From contig JBKAGP010000001.1 of assembly GCA_046290465.1 (NCBI GenBank), forward strand, positions 5,024,001-5,088,000: DNA of 64,000 nt, in the 5' to 3' direction. The stretch is from Planctomycetota bacterium (GTDB taxonomy: Bacteria; Planctomycetota; UBA1135; UBA2386). Shown here piece by piece: positions 31,867 to 38,261 of the stretch (the stretch's first letter is position 1; each line of letters starts with the position of its first letter). The position numbers were made by a program, and so were the translations under genes. The notes beneath the pieces were generated by a model. That model did not search any database and had not been told where the DNA came from. It was given only the letters and a program-made list of their open reading frames with translations.

Positions 31867-32079
31867 TCACGCTGAGACGTTGGGCGACGCGGACCCGAAA
31901 GCCTTGACGAGTATGTTCCTGGTCAGCGTCTCCCAAGCACCGTAGTCGTCACTGGTAAGTGACGGGCGGCTGAGCAGGTCTTCAGCCTTCGCGATCTGAT
32001 CGTTGATCAGGTCGACCCCTCGCGCCGGAGGGATCGTAGGGGGCGTGTCGTTGGTCGGCGCCTTCTTCTTCGCTGCCAT
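31867..32079 (-). pseudogene. Truncated N-terminal fragment, resembling the helical domain that precedes TIR-like nucleotide-binding domains
   Basis: 70 aa MAAKKK..QIAKAEDLL..DDYGAWETLTRNILVKAFGSASPNVS stops directly at the inverted repeat; family assignment is from memory. Confidence 0.45.
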
Positions 32080-32297
32080 GCGGTCGAGGCTACTCGATCG
32101 CGTCCCCAGTTGGCTACGCCGCCCGCACGTCCGGCCGGTCAGTTCGCACCGGGCGGCCCGGAGCGGTCCAGCCAGCCGTTTCAGGCTCGTGATTGTGCCG
32201 CCTTTAGCCGCGTGCTTGCGCCCCAGGTGCGCTGCTGGCAGCATCATCCCGCCGTCGCGCGTCGCCCGCTAGGCATCGAACAAGGAGAGTCAGAGCT

Positions 32298-34094
32298 GTG
32301 AGTGGAAACCCCTTTCAATATCGGCAGCCGTCCATCGGCGGGAACAATCGAATCCGAACTCCACAGCGGGAGGCCTACGACGCGCTCGTGACCTATGCGG
32401 CAAGACCGGCCGACGATCGCGAGGTCGGCATCGTTCTACCGGTCGGCTGCGGCAAGTCGGGGTGCATCACGCTCGCCCCCTTCGCGTTCCGATCGAAGCG
32501 CGCGTTGGTCATCGCGCCCGGGAAGACGATCGCGCAGCAATTGTGCAACGACTTCGACCCGACCAAGCCTGACATGTTCTACGCGAAGTGCGGAGTTCTC
32601 GCGGGCGCGCCGTACCCCGAGCCTGTGGAGATCAGAGGCACGACCGCGAATCGGGGCGATCTCGACGAAGCCCACGTGGTCATCACCAACATCCAACAGC
32701 TCCAGGGGGAGCAGAACCGATGGCTGTCGACATTGCCGCCGGACTTCTTCGATTTGCTGCTGTTCGACGAAGGGCACCACAGCGTCGCCGCGACCTATAC
32801 GGCGCTCAAGGGCTCGTTCCCCGGCGCGCGCATCGTCAACTTCAGTGCAACCCCACTGCGGGCTGACGGCCAGCGCATGGCGGGTCGCTTCATCTACACG
32901 TATCCGATCTTCCGTGCGATCCAGGAAGGGTACGTCAAGCGGCTGAAGGCGCTCGTGTTGAACCCGCGTACGCTGAAGTATGTTCGACGCGATGGAGATG
33001 AGGAGATCACCGTTGGGTTGGAAGAGGTTCGCCGGCTGGGTGAGGTGGATGCCGACTTTCGGCGGAGCATCGTCACGTCGCGAGAGACGCTAACGACGAT
33101 CGTTGACGCGTCGATCCGAGAACTTGAGCGCATCCGTGCTGAAACGGGGGATAAGCGGCATGCGATCATCGCGTCGGCGTTGAACTACGAGCACTGTCGA
33201 CAGATCGTCGAGGCCTACCGCGGGCGGAATCGAGAGGTCGCATTCGTTCACAGTCGGGAGGATGGCGCCGCCAACGATGCTGTCATGAAGAAGCTGCGGG
33301 CGCACGAACTCGATGTGATCGTCCAGGTTCGCAAGCTCGGTGAAGGATTCGATCACCCGTACCTGTCGGTCGCCGCGGTCTTCAGCATCTTCGCGAACCT
33401 GTCCCCGTTCGTTCAGTTCGTGGGGCGCATCATGCGTGTCATCAAGCAGAACAGCCCGGGTGACCCCATCAACCAGGGGACGGTCGTCTTCCACGCGGGC
33501 GCGAACATCGCAAGCCAGTGGGAGGACTTTCAGGAGTACAGCGAAGCCGACCAGCAGTACTTCAACCAACTGCTGCCGATGGAAGGGCTGGACATCAACG
33601 GGCCTGAAGAAGTGGCCGTGGACCCGGTGCCGCGCGAGCCGAACACGGTGGAGGTTCGCGGTCAAAGCGCGGTGATGCTCCAGGAGATCCCGCTGCTTGA
33701 AGACGATGAGGCGATGCAGGCCATCGCGACACTGCGCGCCCGTGGGTACTCGTCTGACGATGTTCGGCGGGCGATGGAACATCAGCCGGTGCCGACAACC
33801 AAGGCGCATGAGCGCAGGGCTGCACAGGCGGCGCTCGATGAGCGCGTTCGCAGCGAAGTCGGTCGCATCCTGGGGGCTCGCAACATCAACCCCGTCGGAA
33901 AGGAACTCGACACCAAGCACCTAGGCAAGTCGAACTTCGTCGTGATGAAGGCGGCGATCGACAAGCAGGTGAACGCCCTTGTGGGCCGGCGTCCTGGTGA
34001 GCGTCACGAGCTGACACGGGCCGAACTGGACCGTATCCAAGAGCAGTTCGCGGACTTGGTGTCCGCAGCCGAGAAGGAGGTGTTTGATGGCTAG
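32298..34094 (+). CDS. SF2 DExH-box helicase/ATPase (ResIII-like) with helical C-terminal extension
   Basis: Q-motif TPQREA, LPVGCGKS, DEGHH, SAT, VRKLGEGFD and QFVGRIMR motifs; AGGAG RBS before the GTG. Confidence 0.92.
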   Translation: MSGNPFQYRQPSIGGNNRIRTPQREAYDALVTYAARPADDREVGIVLPVGCGKSGCITLAPFAFRSKRALVIAPGKTIAQQLCNDFDPTKPDMFYAKCGVLAGAPYPEPVEIRGTTANRGDLDEAHVVITNIQQLQGEQNRWLSTLPPDFFDLLLFDEGHHSVAATYTALKGSFPGARIVNFSATPLRADGQRMAGRFIYTYPIFRAIQEGYVKRLKALVLNPRTLKYVRRDGDEEITVGLEEVRRLGEVDADFRRSIVTSRETLTTIVDASIRELERIRAETGDKRHAIIASALNYEHCRQIVEAYRGRNREVAFVHSREDGAANDAVMKKLRAHELDVIVQVRKLGEGFDHPYLSVAAVFSIFANLSPFVQFVGRIMRVIKQNSPGDPINQGTVVFHAGANIASQWEDFQEYSEADQQYFNQLLPMEGLDINGPEEVAVDPVPREPNTVEVRGQSAVMLQEIPLLEDDEAMQAIATLRARGYSSDDVRRAMEHQPVPTTKAHERRAAQAALDERVRSEVGRILGARNINPVGKELDTKHLGKSNFVVMKAAIDKQVNALVGRRPGERHELTRAELDRIQEQFADLVSAAEKEVFDG

Positions 34095-34308
34095 AAAGTC
34101 CCTGGTGCAACGATCAGAAGTGGATCAGGCGAAGCAGGCGCACAACTGTCAGGCGAGCGCCAAGCACAGGTTGCAGATGGGAGATCGGCGGCTGAAGGTC
34201 TTCGTCGATCGCTCTCACGACCACTATTGCGCCGACTGCGCTCTGAAGATCATCGAGGCCGACATCGCGAAGCTCCAGGAGCTGGCGCGCCAGATCAAAG
34301 GATCATGA
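34087..34308 (+). CDS. Small putative zinc-finger protein coupled to the helicase
   Basis: AAGGAGG RBS, start overlaps the helicase stop by 8 nt; C-x4-H...C-x2-C ligands and a C-terminal amphipathic helix. Confidence 0.8.
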   Translation: MARKSLVQRSEVDQAKQAHNCQASAKHRLQMGDRRLKVFVDRSHDHYCADCALKIIEADIAKLQELARQIKGS

Positions 34309-34343
34309 CACCGCCGGTCCCGTGAGGTTGTCGAGCCACGCTG

Positions 34344-34934
34344 CTACGTCACGGGTCGACCCGGCCCGCTGCCGCCGGGGAACTGGTAACCCATGTGCGT
34401 CACGGTGTTGATCACTTCGCAGGCGAGTTCGGCCGCGTGCGCCTGCAACTGGTCGAGCCACGCGACCGTCACCGGCGTGTCGCACACCTGCTGCTGTCCG
34501 GGCTTGCCGGTGACGTAGAACGGGACCGACGCGCCGTTCTCGTCGGGCGTGCCCCATGAGCCGTGGCAGATCAGGTTCCGCACCTTCCCCGCGGCGCGCA
34601 GCTCGGCGACGAACTCGGCGAGGTTCTGGTGGCGCGACTCGGGGTGCAGGCGCGCCGCCTTGCCGAACGTGTCGATCAGTGGGTTCAGCGGGTTCACGAT
34701 CGACCGTTCCAACAGATCGCTCCAGTTCTGCACCGCCGCAGCCGCCTCGGCCTGATTCTCGGGCGCAGGGACGGTGCCAGTCAGCGCGAAGACCGCCTTC
34801 TTCAGCATCTCTTCGAGGAACCCGAACGTGGCGACGGCGCGGCCTAGACTGCACCAGAACGCGGGGCCATGGCGATGCGTCGGGAACAGCGGCGGCAACT
34901 GCGACTTGTCGATGACGTGCGGTTGGGTGGTCAT
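34344..34934 (-). CDS. Putative HEPN-domain protein
   Basis: Mostly helical, N-terminal LGRAVATFGFLEEML helix and RNLICH (R-x4-H) motif. Confidence 0.6.
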   Translation of the reverse strand: MTTQPHVIDKSQLPPLFPTHRHGPAFWCSLGRAVATFGFLEEMLKKAVFALTGTVPAPENQAEAAAAVQNWSDLLERSIVNPLNPLIDTFGKAARLHPESRHQNLAEFVAELRAAGKVRNLICHGSWGTPDENGASVPFYVTGKPGQQQVCDTPVTVAWLDQLQAHAAELACEVINTVTHMGYQFPGGSGPGRPVT

Positions 34935-35268
34935 GGTCTCTTCATCTGGCGCAGCTGCACCTTGTAGATGCACAGGCAGTCTTCGGCTTCGGCGGCGGTC
35001 AGGCGGTGGAACCGCAGCTCGGCTCGCGCGCGCTGGCGGTACTCGCGGATGTAGTCGTCCACGATGGCGCGCAGGCAGTTCGCCGGCGCGGCAGTCGGAC
35101 GGCAGCGGGTCGGTCGCGGGCCAGACCGCCGTCGAACAAGCGGTACGCCCGGTAGTCGGCTTCGACGTTCGACGCGCGCGCCGGCGCGTAGTCCCCGGCG
35201 TTGTAGGCGAGCAGGTAGCGTCGGTAGTCGTCGGTGGTGAGGTCGCGCGTGCCCAGGCGGAAGATCAC
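34931..35268 (-). pseudogene. Fused remnants of two genes between the RES-like and HEPN-like genes
   Basis: GTG 35268 overlaps the RES stop and reads VIFRLGTRDLTTDDYRRYLLAYN, then decays; a second frame LRAIVDDYIREYRQ..EAEDCLCIYK ends in an ATGA overlap with the HEPN-like start. Confidence 0.55.
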
Positions 35269-35828
35269 GGCGTGCCAGCGTTCCAGTTGATCTCGTCCGG
35301 CGGCGGAGGCTCTTTCCCGGTGTAGATGACCTTCGAGGGCACCTGAGCTGGATTGTAGAGGATGACACCGCCCTCGCACCTGCGGCTTGGGAAGTAGATC
35401 CCGCTGTACGAATCTGGCGAGACCAGCTCAGACACTTCTTCGCGGACGATCTGCGACTTGGTGTACGAGCCCGAAGGGAGGTCGCGGTCCTCGTAGAGCG
35501 CATCGGCCAGATCCTGCGGTAGGCCATGCATGTCGAGGACCGGAGTGCCCTGCAATAAGCACGACACCTCAAAGACCGGAAGGACGGTTGGACGCACTTC
35601 GGCCTCGGCGACCAGGAAGTCCGTCCCATACCAGTTCCCGGATTCTGCCCCCGTCTTGTAGCTACCGGGGTTTGTAGAGACGTATCCCGTCCGGTAGGTG
35701 TCCGCCGCTACGTCAACGATTCGGTAGAGCCCGCTATGGGCTGGCAGCTCCCCCAAGAGCTTGGTGTGGTTGCTGGGCAGCCATTCCTGCAACCTCGCGC
35801 GGAAATCGTCGTCCTTCATTGCCGGCAT
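35265..35828 (-). CDS. RES-domain protein (NAD-consuming toxin fold)
   Basis: LYRI, Y.T....AEAEV, YTKSQ and GIYFPS..EG..ILY supply the R, E and S residues; start codon uncertain. Confidence 0.7.
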   Translation of the reverse strand: MPAMKDDDFRARLQEWLPSNHTKLLGELPAHSGLYRIVDVAADTYRTGYVSTNPGSYKTGAESGNWYGTDFLVAEAEVRPTVLPVFEVSCLLQGTPVLDMHGLPQDLADALYEDRDLPSGSYTKSQIVREEVSELVSPDSYSGIYFPSRRCEGGVILYNPAQVPSKVIYTGKEPPPPDEINWNAGTP

Positions 35829-35839
35829 CACCCGTAGTG

Positions 35840-35916
35840 TGGTACGCCCGACAGGATTCGAACCTGTGACCTGCTCTTTAGGAAAGAGCTGCTCTATCCA
35901 GCTGAGCTACGGGCGC
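35840..35916 (-). tRNA. tRNA-Arg (anticodon CCT)
   Basis: 77 nt: GCGCCCG acceptor, GCTC/GAGC D-arm, GCTCT-TTCCTAA-AGAGC anticodon arm, ACAGG-TTCGAAT-CCTGT T-arm, encoded CCA. Confidence 0.97.
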
Positions 35917-36420
35917 TTGCTGCCTGCGGAACGTACCCATCGCCCCCAGCAGTCTCCAGCAGCTTGCCGCTGATCTTCTCGATGCCGGCGCGCAGGATCT
36001 CCATCGTCGGCCGAATGTAGCCCGCGGTCACGTCGTCGTTCGGCAGCCGGTGGTTCATCAGCACCTTCAGCGTGATCGGGGTCGACCTGGGCGCTTTGCG
36101 CGAACGTGGCGAACGTCTCGCGCAGCCGGTGCGGGCTCTTCAGGATCGGATGCGACACCTTGCGCTTTCTTCCCGTCGATCTCGGCGTAGACGTATTTCT
36201 GCACGGTCACCGCGTGCGACGTGCCGCGCTTGGTGAACGCCGGGAACGCCCAGCCCTGGTCCGGCGGGTTCGTCGCTTTGCGGTTCCGCAGCAGGTCCAG
36301 CGTGAAGCGCGACAGCGGCACGGTGAACGCATGGTCGACCCCGCCCTTGGGCCGCGGTCAGTGGATGGTACCCGCCGGGAAGTTCACGTGTTCCCACCGG
36401 ACCGTCTTGGCGTCGTCGCC
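35894..36420 (-). pseudogene. Tyrosine recombinase/integrase remnant (C-terminal catalytic part)
   Basis: VRWEHVNF..IH*PRPKGG..FTVPLS, SPHRLRETF (HxLR) and LKVLMNH..DVTAGY; one in-frame TGA and two frameshifts; N-terminus missing. Confidence 0.85.
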
Positions 36421-36610
36421 TCACGGAGGTGGCCGATCGAGACCCGGACGTAACCAGCACGAGCGCTGGCGCCGCCCCCGCTTGATCATCGACGTGGTCG
36501 AAGGCCGCGGCGCCGGGTTCTTGCGGGAGGCGCCCGACGGCACCCGCTTCCTGTCGCGCTCCGACGTGTGGTCCCACACCGCGGAGTCATCGCAGGGAGC
36601 GACCGCCCGC

Positions 36611-36811
36611 TCAGCGCAGGGCCGCGCGCGGTGCCATCTCGACGAACGTCTGCACGGTGCTCGCGACGCGCTCTCCGACCCAGCTGGCGGCCTCGACCGC
36701 GTTCGAACCGAGCCACAGGGAGGCCGCGATCAGCACCGCGAGCAGCGATGCGGACCAGAGCACGCGGAGCGCAGCGTGGGCGTCCTGGGACCGCGGGGCG
36801 GTGTTCTCCAT
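36611..36811 (-). CDS. Small single-TM membrane protein
   Basis: 66 aa MENTAPRS..LRVLWSASLLAVLIAASLWLG in an otherwise empty gap. Confidence 0.5.
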   Translation of the reverse strand: MENTAPRSQDAHAALRVLWSASLLAVLIAASLWLGSNAVEAASWVGERVASTVQTFVEMAPRAALR

Positions 36812-36916
36812 ATGGAGCAGAAGTTCATTGCGGCGTCGATGTGTCGCGCCCGCCGAGAAAAATCTGCGGTCGCGGCAGGCGTGGACTTCGCGGCCGGCGC
36901 AGGCTTCGATCCTGCC

Positions 36917-38209
36917 ATGCGACGCTTGCCCTACGGTCTCCTGTGCCTGCTGCTCGCGGCGTGCGCCTCGGAACCCCGCAAAGCCGTCCCCAACGACGTC
37001 GTCTTCGCCGCGACGCCGGTCCCCGATCGCATCGTGCTGACCTGGGCCGCGGACCCGGCCAGCAGCCAGAGCGTCACCTGGCGCACCGATGGCTCTGGCG
37101 CCGACGGGGTCGGCGAGATCGCGGTCGCGACCGATGGGCCCGAGTTCCGCAAGCAGGTGCGCAGGGTCGCGGCCGAGCAGCAGCAGCAGGTCGACGGCGC
37201 GCGCTACCACACCGTGACGTTCGCCGGGCTCGACGCCAGCACGCGCTACGTCTACCGCGTCGGCGACGGCGTTGACTGGAGCGAATGGAGCCACTTCTCG
37301 ACGGCGAGCGTCGAGCCGGAGCCGTTCTCGTTCTTGTACTTCGGCGACGCGCAGAACGACCTCAAGTCGCACTGGTCGCGGGTGATCCGCGAGGCGTTCC
37401 GCGATGCGCCGCGGGCGGCGTTCGTCGTGCACGCCGGCGACCTGGTCAATCGCGGCTTCCGCGACGGCGAGTGGGGCGAGTGGTTCTACAGCGCTGGCTG
37501 GATCCTGCGTTCGATGCCGTCGATCGCGACGCCGGGCAACCACGAATACCGCAAGGGGGAGCTGTCGAAGTTCTGGCGACCGCAGTTCGCGTTTCCGCTG
37601 GACGGGCCGAAGGGCTTCGAGGAGACGGTGTACTCGCTCGAGTACCAGGGTGTGCTGCTGGTGTCGCTCGACACCAACCGCGAGCTCGAACCGCAGGTCG
37701 CGTGGCTCGACGGCGTCGTCGCCGAGAGCGACGCGAACTGGAAGATCGTGACGATGCACCATCCGGTGTTCGGGACCGCCAAGAAGCGCGACAGCCCGAA
37801 GCGCCGCGCGATCCTGCAGCCGGCGTTCGATCGCAACGGCATCGACCTGGTGCTGCAGGGCCACGACCACACCTACAGCCGGACCGCGCGCATGCGGCAT
37901 GCGCACGCTGGCGACGAGGGCGAGCACGAGCATGCGGGCGAGAACGTGCCGACCGGCCTGCGCGCGCGCGACGACGAGACCGGCACCGTCTACGTGGTCT
38001 CGGTCAGCGGGCCCAAGATGTACCAGCTGCTGCGGCAGCCGTTCATGGTGAAGGCGACCGAGAAGAAGCAGCTCTACCAGGTGCTGTCGATCGACGGCGA
38101 CCGTCTGACCTACTCGGCGCGCACCGCGACCGGCCGGCTGTTCGACCGGTTCGAGCTGCGCAAGCGGTCTGGTGGGCCCAATGAGCTGGTCGAGACGATG
38201 CCGCGCTGA
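36917..38209 (+). CDS. Lipoprotein purple-acid-phosphatase-like metallophosphoesterase
   Basis: Lipobox LAAC, FN3-like N-domain, GDAQ, HAGDLV, PGNHE, MHHP and GHDH motifs. Confidence 0.92.
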   Translation: MRRLPYGLLCLLLAACASEPRKAVPNDVVFAATPVPDRIVLTWAADPASSQSVTWRTDGSGADGVGEIAVATDGPEFRKQVRRVAAEQQQQVDGARYHTVTFAGLDASTRYVYRVGDGVDWSEWSHFSTASVEPEPFSFLYFGDAQNDLKSHWSRVIREAFRDAPRAAFVVHAGDLVNRGFRDGEWGEWFYSAGWILRSMPSIATPGNHEYRKGELSKFWRPQFAFPLDGPKGFEETVYSLEYQGVLLVSLDTNRELEPQVAWLDGVVAESDANWKIVTMHHPVFGTAKKRDSPKRRAILQPAFDRNGIDLVLQGHDHTYSRTARMRHAHAGDEGEHEHAGENVPTGLRARDDETGTVYVVSVSGPKMYQLLRQPFMVKATEKKQLYQVLSIDGDRLTYSARTATGRLFDRFELRKRSGGPNELVETMPR

Positions 38210-38261
38210 CCGGTTGTGGGGGTGCGTTGCCAGCGCGGCCCGGATCGGATGCAATCCGCGC

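Noticed and set aside
32298..34094. Type III or type I restriction subunit call for the helicase
   Set aside because: No methyltransferase or specificity gene nearby and no evident PD-(D/E)xK nuclease domain
35142..35151. GGTACGCCCG as an att copy of the tRNA 3' end
   Set aside because: Only 10 bp, inside a coding remnant, and also present inside the kinase gene near 27978; expected by chance at this GC
31400..35830. Integron cassette array
   Set aside because: No attC-like RYYYAAC...GTTRRRY sites between genes, genes lie on both strands, and the integrase remnant shows no IntI-specific features
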